In this document: in pieces, positions 28,801 to 41,400 of the stretch
Position numbering within the stretch: the stretch's first letter is position 1
Layout: each line of letters begins with the position of its first letter
Source: Tubulanus polymorphus
Lineage: Eukaryota > Animalia > Nemertea
Reading direction: 5' to 3'
DNA length: 64,000 nucleotides
Assembly: GCF_964204645.1 (NCBI RefSeq)
Contig: NC_134027.1
Location: forward strand, 11,874,485 to 11,938,484
Position numbers and translations under genes: made by a program
The notes under the pieces: model-generated
Seen by the model: the letters and a program-made list of their open reading frames with translations, nothing else
What the model was told of the DNA's origin: nothing
Databases searched by the model: none

Positions 28801-31800
28801 TTTTAAATGTGATGCTTTTCCATCCCCTGCGGCAGGGATTCGAACCTGATGGCATCGAGACTTGCCACGCTACGAAACCCTGCCACACTAGACCGAGTGT
28901 ACAGCTAAATATGCAGCTAAGAATTTGTCATTATTATTCGTTCTCACTATCAGAAGTCCTGGTTTATTTTAGCCCGGGTTTTTCCACTTCACCGAAATTT
29001 GCCTCACAGTTATACAACGGATTGATGCCAAAAGTTTTCCAGCGAGGAACCGGCCCATGTACCTGTGCACCCGGGCTGGCGTGGCAGGAAATCGGCCGTG
29101 GCCGAGTGTAGCGATGCCATCAGGTTCAAAACACTGCCGAGCGCAGATGTGCTTTTTTCGAACCCACAACATTTCAAACATAAACTGATGCTTCTTGAAG
29201 TTGAAATAGTGATTTGCAATCATACGCTCCTAAAGGGAAAAACACATAACAGTAAAACTTACTAGACATTGATTCCGGAGAAACTTGTTGAATCTTCCTT
29301 TTTTGCCGGAACTGCTGATTTCGTTTTAGTATCAGTAGGCGATTTTTGTAGTCGATGTTTATTAGAAGTCGAGGCAGCTGAAAATGCGACGATGATATCC
29401 TTCAAAATCAAATTCGCAAACAAAACATCACGTATTTCGAAGAAAAAAATCTGTGTAAACTCACAATTGGTAGATGGGGGCCTTTTCTTCTGCGAATCGG
29501 TATGTTCAGGTTTTGGAGTGTGAGCGACTCGATTTTGTCCTTTCTTTGAAATAATCTTATGTATTTCTTGACCCTCTGTACTGTATGTTGGTTTTTCACC
29601 TAAAAATGCGTCAGTTACCAGTGTATGAAGTTTTCAAACCAATTTTCAAGATGATTTAGGCGTGCGGGATGTGTCAGGATTGCAAAGATTTCATGGTCGG
29701 GCTTTAAAGACTGTATCAAATTATTGTTTCATGTTATGTATTAGTAAGTTATTACAGAACCCTGGGTTAACTTGATTAACAATGACAAGCTAGCCTTAAA
29801 GGTTTTAAGTTAAAACTGGTCAATAAAACAAGCACTAGGAATCAGCTTTAACTAATCTACAGGTTGACGAAAGTTAGAGCAATACTGTGCTATTGAGATA
29901 AGCTTATTCAATACTACTAACAGGGTGGCTACTTTTATTTGACTCTTCCCTAACTTTGCCCTGCATGTTGTTTTCCCTGACTTGATCCGTTAAGAATCCA
30001 ATCAATTAACACCGTCAAATGTGTTCAAAATAGATAGAAACTGTTTCATTTTACGCGTGATCTCGCAATTCCAACAAATTTCCCTGACTTTTCCAGATTG
30101 TTTTTTTTTATACAAAATTTGCCGATTACTCGCTGACTTTTTTAAGATTAAAAAAAAAAAACAAAAACATTTCTCTGACTTTTCCCTGATTTCTAGGTTA
30201 AGTGGACAATTGGACAAAATCACACAAAAACAAACCATCTAAATCGTCCCAATCGCTCAATTCTTCACTATCTTCATGCACTAAACTCTTCTCTTTGTTC
30301 AGATAAGATTGCAATTTTTTGTTGTTTACTTTCAAATTGCTTTTCTTTCCTCCACTGTCAAACGACGTCGAAGGTGTTGCAGAGGCAAAAATATCCTCGT
30401 TCAAATCTTTTAGTTGTCTAGTTGGGTTTTCCTTAACTTCCACGGATTTTATTTTGTGACCGCTGTGTTTCGGTTGATTGTCCTGTATGCTATTCAAGTG
30501 GGCAGTCGATGCAGCAGTTGGTTTACTAGAGGTTTGCGTTACAGGTGTGGGCTGTTGGCTGAGCTGGGACTGTTGCATTATCATAGCTTCCATTCTCGCC
30601 ATACGTTCCTCCATCGCTTTAACATGAGCTATAAACATATCGAGAACATATTACACAGGGTCTCTACAGATCAGTCATTACTGGATACAAGGAGCTTTCA
30701 AGGGCTTTAAAAGGAGGAAGTTTCAGATTTCTCTTAGAATCATAATTCATATGGATTATAGCTAATTCAGGGTCCGTACAGATCAGTCATTCCTGGATAT
30801 AAGGAGTTTTCAAGAGGAAAATTTAAATTTCAAGGAAGTTTCTGCATCCCAATTAGGTCGTAGACACCTTCTGAATCGGTACGGTTTATCCAGTGGTAAA
30901 CAATATTCATAGTTGACATGAATGTATATGTATATGACCTTTAATTCAGTTATCTTAATACTGGTACCTTCTAATTCCATTTCCCTTTGAGATTTGATCT
31001 TTTCATCCACTTTTGGGATTTCATCGTTTTCTGAAATTGTCAATTTGCGATTTGAATTGATAACAGTTAATGAATCCAGCATTAGAGAGAAAAACAAACG
31101 ATTAACTCTTACCACAAGGCTCATTCAGGGAAACCAGATGGTCTAATGCTTCATCTGAAAGTAAAAAACATCCCAGTGACAATTAAGGCCTATATATGTG
31201 GAGAGGATTTAGGGCTTCTTAACAAGTTCCCTAGTGGATCTGCTGCGTAGTGATTGCGAAGACACTATTGGTCATCTCTCATTCAAAGCATCAAGTGTAC
31301 TAGGTCCTTAACTGACCAGAACTGAGAGGTTTGTGGTTTCCACGGGTACGGGAACCCACTTCAAGTCCAAGGTGCGGATTTTTGTTTTCTCTTAAATAGC
31401 TTAGTTCTCATAAATTTTGTTTTCGTTTTTCTTAACCCTTCCAGTGCGTCTACACCGCAGTGCGGTGTACGAATCAGTGATGGATTTTGCTAGTACACCG
31501 CACTGCGGTGTATTGATTTAATTAGTAATTACTAATTATCTCTCTTGAAAGATGGCAGCACCTGTCAAACATAGTGAAATATTAGTAACTAACGATATAC
31601 CGCGCCAGGGTGTAGACACACTATAGTGCTATTACCGTTATTCAACAGACTAGGGTGGAATTTTTCAGAATTTTCAAATTATCTTCAGCACTATAGGGTA
31701 TTAATAAGCCAGCACTGAAAGGGTTAACCAGTTGAACAGTTTTAAATGTTTCAAGTCTTTAAAAACCAATCTTTTTATCCAGGCATTTTTGTAGTCCTGC

Positions 31801-32136
31801 TTTACTTAATCATTGTAATTATCATGTTTTAATATGCTGTAAGTGCTATGGAACGTTTACATAATATATGGAATAGGCCTGCAATGGCCCTTAATTCCAG
31901 AGAGAAAAAAACATGAAATTTCCAGATATACTATGGCTGACAGAACCCGTCAAATTATAATGATAATAGCCGAAGTATTCCAATGCACCTAAAATGGGCA
32001 TTTCAATATATTAGGCCTATATTATTCCTTCAAACTCACCTTCATCATCAGAATCTGCAGCGAGAAATGCATCTATATCATCTTCCCCGATCATATCGCT
32101 TGCACTTGTCGCAGTTGTCATTGCAGGTTCATCCAT
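19889..32136 (-). CDS. MCM10: DNA replication factor MCM10, 19 coding exons, 860 aa
   Basis: GT-AG exons in consistent phase: 32040-32136, 30968-31030, 30236-30628, 29465-29599, 29263-29377, 28518-28680, 27481-27648, 26476-26609, 25948-26028, 25249-25341, 24644-24772, 24488-24567, 24130-24389, 23455-23584, 23048-23205, 22313-22426, 21927-22075, 20425-20467, 19889-19966 (2583 nt). Motifs: FSGINV-NPKVSS, OB-fold GNTYSLWKLSDL...LWKESLGTVVALLNP, CCCH finger (DYGIC...GKKCNNFIN...CSYHVQSAYKK), PQLGRG, YFSALEKKEQYEEKM, C-terminal Zn motifs and DRKGPQLDSEKL. Confidence 0.92.
20537..20814. mobile_element. MITE of the CAGGG family in an MCM10 intron
   Basis: TIR CAGAGCCGTCGGAA..TTCCGACGGCCCTG; flanks CATAA/TATAA. 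Confidence 0.65.
26789..27020 (-). mobile_element. Mutator-like (FLYWCH zinc-finger) transposase fragment with terminal repeat remnant
   Basis: KLAFKNFVYVRQKELSGGVISYECKGRRNHGCKAKVKVLGEEVVGRVNEY resembles FLYWCH-type N-termini of MULE transposases. Adjacent GGACAATTCCCCCGGACAATTGCCCCC repeat at 26799-26826. Confidence 0.55.
28823..28908 (-). mobile_element. tRNA-derived SINE head
   Basis: B box GGTTCGAATCCC with an upstream A-box-like segment. Related copies at about 22783-22870 (+) and 29080-29140 (+). No complete cloverleaf. Confidence 0.55.
31436..31723. mobile_element. piggyBac-type MITE
   Basis: TTAA on both sides; TIR CCCTTCCAGTGC..GCACTGAAAGGG. Confidence 0.85.
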
Positions 32137-32823
32137 TATATTCCCAACTTGTTCACATCAGATTTTATTTGAATAGATAGGCCTAGCATAAACCTATGAA
32201 GTTCGGACAGAAATAGCTCAACTGAAATAACACAAGAAAAGCTTAATATTCTAATTCATGAACAGGGATGAGAGACATTGCATCGGACACTTTTTATTGT
32301 CTTTTGACATGTTTTTGTAAGGCAATAAACTGAGAACTATCACACAAGGATGGACGCTGATAAAAAGGCTTGCAAATAAACAAAAGAAATGAAAATAAAG
32401 AAAAGAAATTTAAATTCAATTTTAATTTTACATAGAAAAACAAACGTTTTTATAGTATTTTGTGATGTTGCCGAGTGTGGAACCAGCGGTCATTATCTTT
32501 CAAAATGTATCTGTAGCAAGACGTTTTTTTATGATTTATTGCAGAATAACCAAACAAAACACAGATACTTTATCAATAACCCCAGTGACTGTATCCCAAA
32601 AAGCCCATCGGCGAGAGCCTGAGTGTCACTGTGTGTGGAGCCAGCGCCCATAAATGACATGTTATCTTTGAAAATGTAGTGTCAGTAATCAAGACATTTA
32701 TTCTCTGATTTATTGCAGAATAACCACTAAAACATTATCAAATAACTCCAGGAACTATATCCCCCGAGCCCATCGGCAAGTGCCTGGTGAGGAGATCTGT
32801 CAAACTTACTTTATCATAGGCCT

Positions 32824-33307
32824 ATGCCTATTTCAACCCGACTAGAGAGCATTCCGGATGGCCTAGCTCGCTCATTTTTGGTAGTACATACCTGATAAAG
32901 GTCTTAATAGGACCAGAAAGGACAGGCAGAAAATCATCATTTTTTAATCCATTTGAAACTGTATTGAAGGATATCCAAAAAAGTCACTGAAAGGGGTTAA
33001 ATGAAGAAAAGTGACTCCATGATTTGAAAGTTTAACAATATGTTTCCATGCCTACATACCAAACTTGGTAGGCATGGAGACATATTGTTAAACTTTCAAA
33101 TCATGGAGTCTCTTTTATCTCGTGAATCCCTTTCAATAAAGACTTTTCGGATATCCTTCAATACAGTTTAAAGTGGATTAGAAAACAATGTTTAAGGTCG
33201 GCTGCCAATGCATTCTGGTCCTAAAAAGACTTTTATCGGGTATGTACTACCAAAACCGACTGAGCTAGGCCACCCGGAATGCTCTCAAGTCGAGTTGAAA
33301 TAGACAT
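32824..33307. repeat. Long imperfect inverted repeat (foldback element), arms about 235 bp
   Basis: ATGCCTATTTCAAC..GAGAGCATTCCGG..GGTAGTACATACC pairs with GGTATGTACTACC..CCGGAATGCTCTC..GTTGAAATAGACAT; centre near 33062. Confidence 0.85.
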
Positions 33308-33329
33308 TACACTCTAAAAAGACGTCAAC

Positions 33330-33710
33330 ACTAACCTGCTAACAAACAGTCAGTATAGTGAGTAGTTAGTGAGAGTGTACTTTGGACGTGGGCAATTTCA
33401 GGTAAAATAAGATGGCGGGAACATAGTACGGGAAGGGATGATATATACCTATACCTGATATACAGTATCTATCTATTGATGAGCTTTAGCGAGCGTAGGC
33501 TATCTCGCAAGAGGTAGAAAGTTCGTTTTTGCAGTCATTCATTCAGACATTGATATTCAGAATTAGCGCTTTCCATTTCCGGGTTGAAGACCAATAGGTG
33601 CTGCCCCCTCAGCGATATGTATTCGCTTCCCTGTGCACGACTCACAGCACGTGAGAGGGCGGGTCATGACAGTTCTTAGCTCGAAGGAATTTCGCGAAAT
33701 TTGAAATTAA
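33330..33710 (-). promoter_or_regulatory. Putative MCM10 promoter and first non-coding exon
   Basis: Minus-strand donor CAG|gttagt near 33335. E2F-like TTCCCGCC at 33414-33421 overlaps YY1-like CGCCATCTT. CCAAT, CACGTG and a GC box lie at 33590-33665. Palindrome AATTTCGCGAAATT 33688-33701 abuts CHR-like TTTGAA 33700-33705. MCM10 is an established E2F target. Confidence 0.5.
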
Positions 33711-34466
33711 GTAGGCCTAGGCCTATCTCACCTTGGATTAATCATTTCACCTCCATTCAAATCTCACAGTGTGATACAAAATCAATGACAAGTTGTACAA
33801 GCAAGAAATCTGACATAGGCCTACTTCCATGCAAGTGGCCAGATATTCTTAATAATTGAGCACGAATTTGCGACTGAAACATTAAGACACCTCAAATGAT
33901 CACACAACTGAATACTGATATTTTATAAGAATATGATTTTGTATTTCATTTCCCAATACATGTATCGACTTTTATAACATAAATCATAAAATACTAATGA
34001 AATGGTACAATACTACACTGTGTTAAACAGATAAATGCTTATATAATCATAAACTGGATATTATGCACCGACAGTCTACCACACAAAGAGCATATCTTAC
34101 GGAGGGAAAAATGAATGATGATTTACTTCATTTTGTTATGATTTCCTTTTACTAAATCTGATGTCTTCTTGTAATTATTCACATTTTGAGCTAACCTTCC
34201 CACGGTGATTTAGGACCAAAGAATTGCCACATCAACACGAAACACCCCAACCAATGACCGTGATGTGTCCTCCAAAACCTACAACCAATTTATATAGATA
34301 TCTAGATGCATACAGCACAAGAAGTCGAGAGTCCACAAAGAAAAACCTAACATCGTCCATCTGCAAAAACGGCATATTTGAGACAATGGAGCACCCATCT
34401 CTGATGGAGCATCTGAAAAGCTAGAAAATAATGTAATAGCAAGTACTCCGGTTATAAAAGGCAATA

Positions 34467-34640
34467 CAGTGGAACCTCGTTACAGCGATCTTCTAGAGAC
34501 TAGAAAATATGTTCGTTATAACCGATAGCTCGTCATATCCAGTATGAAATGAATTACATCGTCTTACTTAGGATGAAATTCTATGTTATATATATCCAAT
34601 GAATCGTTGTATCAGAGCTCATTAAAACGAGGTTCCACTT
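34467..34640. mobile_element. Tc1/mariner (pogo/Tigger-type) MITE
   Basis: TA-CAGTGGAACCTCGTT..AACGAGGTTCCACTT-TA. A similar TA-CAGTAGA element lies at about 25050-25212. Confidence 0.7.
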
Positions 34641-35437
34641 TAATAGTTGAAGCTAATCTAAAATAGTATTATGATACAGTTGATTAATGTAAGACTTTCA
34701 ATTTATCATGACAGAAACGAGAACAAACGCAATGTCTATATTCTTTGCCTGCCATCGTTCCGCCATTGCTCCCGAACACGAAACTCGCCGCCACCAGCCC
34801 CCTGGCCTCATGACGCGTGATATCATTACTGGCACTTTTGCGCATGACGTCATATATCAACTTGTGAAATACTTCCTTGTTCGCTAAAATATTCGCTGAT
34901 TGGTCCACTAAACGGGAAATCCAACAAAAGTCAAATGTTGTTTTTACAAGCGCTATGTTTGGTCCAACTGGATTCTGGTCGGCTGGAAACGATTCCAAGT
35001 CGTGAGGTCAAGGGGTTTGGGGAACAGCTTTAGCGTAGTGGGTTCTTGAATCCCTTGACGGGTGAAGATGATATTCATTCTAGCACTACCTTGAATAGAA
35101 TCCAATACAACTTACTATTTACTGGTACTGGTATAAAACATATGTCAGCATGGATTGCTATAAGTTGAGCTAATTACTTAATTTGATGATACAATTTTTA
35201 CTATTTTCTACATTGCCCTAACACAGTTACAAGAAACAATCAGTTTAAACCCACCCACAAGTAATCCACTTAATCCGGATCATATTGGTTGCGTGGTGAG
35301 AAATCCGGAGTGGTGTTTGAAGCGTACTATGAATACAGCCCGAATCAACTGAAAATCCTGATTAAGCAAGTTCGACTTTTTCGTTCAAATGCAAATTATC
35401 GATCATTTCGCATCTTCAGTTTTTTGTTTCTTTTTGT

Positions 35438-38400
35438 TCACGGGTCGATGAAAGAAACCATGATGTAACGCGTGCCGTTGGTTGTTCGTAGTCCCTCGTG
35501 GTAATGAGTCAATCGACCGGGATGCAGTAACGCCCATCCCTGACGAGTATTCCTCACGGCGCAATCGTAACGAATAAATCGAGCTCCGCCTCCCTGAAAA
35601 TTACACAAGATAAAAAAATTAACACCTTCGAATCAAATCGGAAATGTTCAAATTCGATCGAAGTCATGTTTTTAAAATTGAATTGAAACCAGTCTCTTCA
35701 GAAGTCGCAGAAAAAAGGAAGTTTTGGAACACCATCTAGTTATGTCCCAGGTGCAGTACTGAAGTCTCCAGTGCAGTGCTAATTTAAGAATGTCCCGAAT
35801 GTGGTATTTAGTTACATATGCTTCCTCGATACCTAGTACGCATTATTTGAGGGGTTATGTGCGAGTTGATGGGCACTACGTCATCAATATTATTACAATC
35901 ACAATTGTAAATTTTGGCATTTGTTTCGTAATTAACTATATTTCATAACTCTTATTTCTTTTGGACATATTTTGATCATTATTTTTGAGAGGATGTGCAC
36001 TACATCACTAATATATGGGGCTAGACTGGTCAATTCAATTATCGATATATTCAAATCCAAATAACTTTACTACGGAAGCCCCTAGGTGACATACGAGAAA
36101 TTTTTTTCACAATTTTGACTTAAGTCGAATTTCTGAATTTCGACTTAATAAGTCGAAATTGTGAAAAAGTTTTCTCGTATGTCACCTAGGGGCTTCCGTA
36201 CTTTACTGATCCTTAATATTATATAATTTGTATAAAAGGCCTACATTATGAAAATAAAACTCGAAATTCGACTTAATTAACACGAAATTCCACTTATTAT
36301 GTCGAAATTCGAAATTGTGAAAAAGTTTTCTCGTATGTCACCGCAATTACCGCAATATTTTTATATGTGTTATTTTTCAAGGCATCAATAAACTTTCAAG
36401 TTAGTTTTCTTGTACATCCCTCAAACTTTCGGTTTCTTTTTCTCAAATAAGGGGAGAGAGAGCCAGAGAAGAACCTGCAAAGAAACTGTATACGTTTTGA
36501 AATTCACCTCGTAGTCAACATTTGCTCTATTCAGAGCCATATTCAACGTGTAAGTGGAAGAATCATGATGAGGTCTGAGGAGCGGTTGTTCAGTCGGTTT
36601 GTACCTCACGAGGAAATTCATCACGGCTTGAGGTGGCTGAAAATACATATACGGAGAACCTTGGTTAATCTGTCCCTGGTTTAACCATATATCGTCAACC
36701 TCCGCTATACTGCCCACATTGGTGCAGAATGTATTTGGCGGTATAGAGAGTATGGTGGTATCTCGGGGGTGTTTTACTATGCATTGGTATAGAGATGTAC
36801 ATCGAGAAAACCTGGCCGTAGGCGGGGGTACAGCTTGGAATTAAATTGACGAGTTAATATTGGGGTATATTGGGGGTTGACTGTGTAAGTGTTAAATCCA
36901 TACTATCTTAACGCCTTGCCCATGATTATTACGAAGGCACGACCCAGTCGGCAACCATACACTGAAACCCCCCTCAAATAGCCCGATTACAATCAGACGA
37001 GTGTCAAATGTAGACTTACATCATGAAAATACCCAGTGTAGACTTTTTGTTGAAGCGGTTGAATATAGCGACGCAGAAATTCCAGCCAATGTCTGTCATA
37101 CATGATTTGATTCATGTGTATATCGACTGTGGGTACATTCTCATAACCAGTCGCTAATCGAACATCCTGTATATAAACAAAGAAAACCCATCGAACCCAC
37201 GAATCAGAATTGAAATCACGTCGATCTAACGTACCTCATTTTTGCTGCCCGACCATTTTCCGTAATTTTCCATCTCTTCGATCAGATCCCAGCAATATTT
37301 CGGAGTAACGACGGGAAGCCAATAAACATCGGGACACGGCTGAAATTGAGTATTTCAATCTTGTGATGATTAGAATTATGCCTAGTGGCCTAAAATACCC
37401 CCCGGACCACATATCTGCAACCCGTTATGAAAATCTCCTTCGTTTAGAAGTTAATCCGAAATTGCCTGTTTTCATATATTCAGTAACCCCTGGTGGCCAA
37501 ATGAAAAATTGTGTGACCTTGAAAATTTGCACAGGGGTGTGTATCATTCCATGGGCTGTATATATGCAACACATCTTCGTAATGAAATATATTACGTTTA
37601 CAAGGTGATCTGATATCGTCACTTTTCAAGTATTCAGCAACCCCTGGTGGCCACATGGCTACACTTCTTTTGAGGGGTTTAACAATTTCAATTGAAACTG
37701 ACGTTAGTCAACTTGACAGGGCAGCTATAAATACCATGGGCCTTATGGAAATAAACGTGTCCTGCTAAAGAAATAGGCCTATAAGATATATCAACCATAC
37801 CTGTTTTGGTACAAATTTGTCTTTCAAACTTTCATGATATTCACTGTGTATATATTTCATTTCCCATTCCTACAAATTATTGTAAGGCATAACTATTCAT
37901 ATTTATCAACCTCCGGTACAGGGATTCAAATTTGAGATGGTATTATTTCGGTTCATACGAGTGGGTCTCAAACAAAGGTTCAAATTTTCAGTGAAATGCC
38001 TCATCAGGCGCGCATCCAGGGGGTAATTTTGAAGAACTTGTAACATCCCAAGAGAGCACTTTGAATTGATGTCCAAAAAGGCAATATCAGGTGCACTCCT
38101 GCCCTCAAATGCACCAATTGTTTTGTTGACAAAATGAACGAGGGATCCGAGGACACAGTGCCCACTGACAATGTGAAAATTTGATTATTCAACACCCCCA
38201 GGGAACAAATATAGTAATCGATGAACTTGAAACTCGCCATAATTGTAAAACTTGCCATGGGATAGAAATTCGCATTTGAATTTTGTTACAAAATATGCTA
38301 CATTGATACCAATATATACGGAAATGTAGCATTTAACCCTTTCAGTGCTGACTAATTAATACCCTAGTGCTGGAGATTTTTGAAAATTTTAAAAAATTCC

Positions 38401-41400
38401 ACCCTAGTGTGTTGAATAACGGGAATACCACTCTAGTGCGTCTACACCGCGGTGTGGTGTATCGTTAGTTACTAGTATTTCACTGTTTGACAGGTGCTGC
38501 CATTTATCAAGAGATAATTACTTATTACATCAATACACCGCTGTGCGGTGTACTAGCAAAATCTATCACTGATTTATACACCGCACTGTGGTGTAGACGC
38601 ACTGAAAGGGTTAAACAGGGTAACGTAAAGCAAAGCACACAACACCTGCTTCCATGCCGTATCACGGCGGAATATCTTCTTGGGGATGTGAGGGACAACA
38701 ATGGCTGCCAGTCGGCCATTTTGATTCTGAACAGGCCAGTTTTTGGGCTAGACGTATCGGCCCCACTCCGCGCGGGTGCGCCACCGCACGGGATTTACGC
38801 GAAGCAGCAAACACAAACATGGCCACTCTCTCAATTTTCAATGATAGAAATCGTGTGTGCATTTCAATTATTTCGGCTGTTAGGGTTTTAAGGCACAATA
38901 TAAGTTGATGATGTGATATGGCGATGTTAATTAATGATAATTCCGCAGTGAAGCTAGTACTCAGTCAGCAAACTACACAAGATACTCACCGGTCTATTAT
39001 CAAAAATTTGATATAAATCGGGATGTTTCGGTGATAGGTCGTAGTTCTCAATGTTGATCAGGTGTCCGTATGAATTGACATTCGTCAAGTACATGAACAT
39101 TCCCTATTTAACAGGTACAAAAAATAAATTTCAAGTTTTTTTAAGTTGATAATTTTTTTTTGTTTTACGCAGTTACATCACAAAAAATTTCCTAAATTGG
39201 AAAATCGAACTAGTCGGAAGCAATTACTGGGTACAGAATTTTCCAGTTCATTTTCATATCAAATCAGATTCCCTTAGTTGGTCGAGTAGTTGATATATTG
39301 TTACTTATAAAAATAAGAATAACTCGGACCAATGAGAGAAAGTTTTGAAAATTGTCAAAGGATCGACAAGGATCGACAGTAACCGGAGCTGGGTTTCATA
39401 GATGTGCAAGAATAATAGTCCCTGGGAACATTTTGAAATTTGTCTGTTATAACTATGGTTTCTCGTTGTTACTATGGTGGTTGTCACCCCGATTGAGGAT
39501 TTACCCCAAGGGATAACTTTCATACTCAGTCTATGTAACCGGGCCTTGGTTTGTTAGTTTTCTCTGCGGAAGGTAATCCTACAGAGCTAAGACGTCATTT
39601 ATGCAAAGTAGGTTCAACTGGATTTTCATTTTCTTCATTGAACTTTTTCAGTAAATGTCACCAAATTTGACTCACAAGACGTAGTCTTAGTTGGAAATTT
39701 TTTAAAGTTGGACTTGCTTTGCCGCACCCAACCTTTCCGGCTTTAGGCAAGTTTTACTGTATTTTGATAACTTCTATTTACTATACCCTAACTAAGCTTT
39801 TCTATAGTACATTACAACGTATACACAATGAAATGTTCCAATACAAATTATGTAAGCGCACACAAGTACAACTTCAAGTTTTAATAGATAGACAATGATG
39901 GGCAAATGGATTTTTCTCCCTCAGGTAATTTACCTAAGTCGATTTCTACAGGAATCATATTTCAGATAAGCTGGAAAAATGGATCATACATTATTTTCTT
40001 ACCTTTTTGCGTAGATTTGAAGCAAATGCTAAATGGGCGTCCCAGCCATCCTTCGAGTAAATGCCTTTCATTTTAGCGAGTTTATGTCCTTGGATCAGGT
40101 AAGAAACACTGATATACGGTACATTCCACAGCCCTCTAAAAATCACCAATAAACACTAGCATAAAAGCAGATGAGGGTTAATTGTGCTGGTACCAAGTTT
40201 CACACATACAGACCTGACTATTCTGGAATTTCCATTTCAGAGTAGTTTTCACCACTAATTGGAATTATTTGGCATGAATAGTTGAAAAGTCATTCTGATT
40301 TTGAGAGTACTTCGAAAGTTTTGGGAGTAGTTGAAGTCTTAAAAGAGTAGCGAACTACCTGGTGATCTCAAATTGTAGTGGTGGTAGTCAGGTCTGCTCA
40401 TGGCTAGTCATATCAAGATGCTTTACGGAATGTTGGGTTTGACTCAATCATTTTATTTTACCTTCAATTCTCCTTACCTAAGTGTGAAATTCAACTCACA
40501 ACTGTGGGGACTTAACTAGGGATAATGTTTAAAAGTCGACTTTGGATTTGCAGAACTGGTACTCGCAAATGATTGTATCAAAATATACCACAAGTTTTTT
40601 AGCCTAAAATACACAGATGCCATAAAGTTTCGCCCAATAAACCAAGGCCCAATGTAAATAATAATAGTGTGTCCGTTATATAGCACAGGTATCCCAACCA
40701 AAGTCAGTTCAAATGCGTTACAAATTTGGTATTATTACCCCCAGCCTATAACTCCATTCCATGTATCAATCATCTCTCCTTGGGGAGAAGTTGCATCCAA
40801 GCAACTACTGTACTAACGCTCAGGAGTCATCCATCAGGCCAGGTACCCAGATTTCCTCCTGGGTGGAGAGAGGCAATGAGGATATATGTCTTGCCTGAGG
40901 ACACTACGGAAATGTACGTCGTAGTCTCCCTTCCTAAAACCACTTATGGAGATCACTGACCATCTCTATCCAACTGCTGTTGAATTTTTTCAACCAGCTT
41001 TGGTCAGTTATTTTTGATGAGCATTTCTTAATCTGGCATGCAGTAAACAAATCTTTCACTTACTGCTAAAATGATTTTCCACAGTTGCTGTATTAGCCTC
41101 TAGAGTCAACTTTCTCTACTTGATTCTCTAGTACTTCATTAAATGCAGCATTGATTAGAAGTACAATTCCTTTGGCGGTCTTAAGCGATAAGCGGTACGC
41201 CCCAACTTAAATTTCTTACACTATGTTTCCGCTCACGATATCCATGTAATCCTCGGATCGCCGGTAGAATTCTGCCTTCGTAATGCCTCCCCAGAAGTTC
41301 GACCACATTCGGCCGCGACGCACCAACAACGGGGCGATTATCGATCTGCAAAATACAACAGATTTCAACAGCATCAATGAAACCCGCTCCATGGGTTGGA

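Noticed and set aside
22783-29140. tRNA-like sequences with GGTTCRAATCC
   Set aside because: No acceptor stem or full cloverleaf; dispersed diverged copies fit SINE heads. The same applies to the B-box-like motif near 48650.
34684-34998. GC-rich promoter-like patch and 104-aa ORF downstream of PLOD
   Set aside because: No homology recognised and no splice partners; more likely a transposon remnant or UTR sequence.
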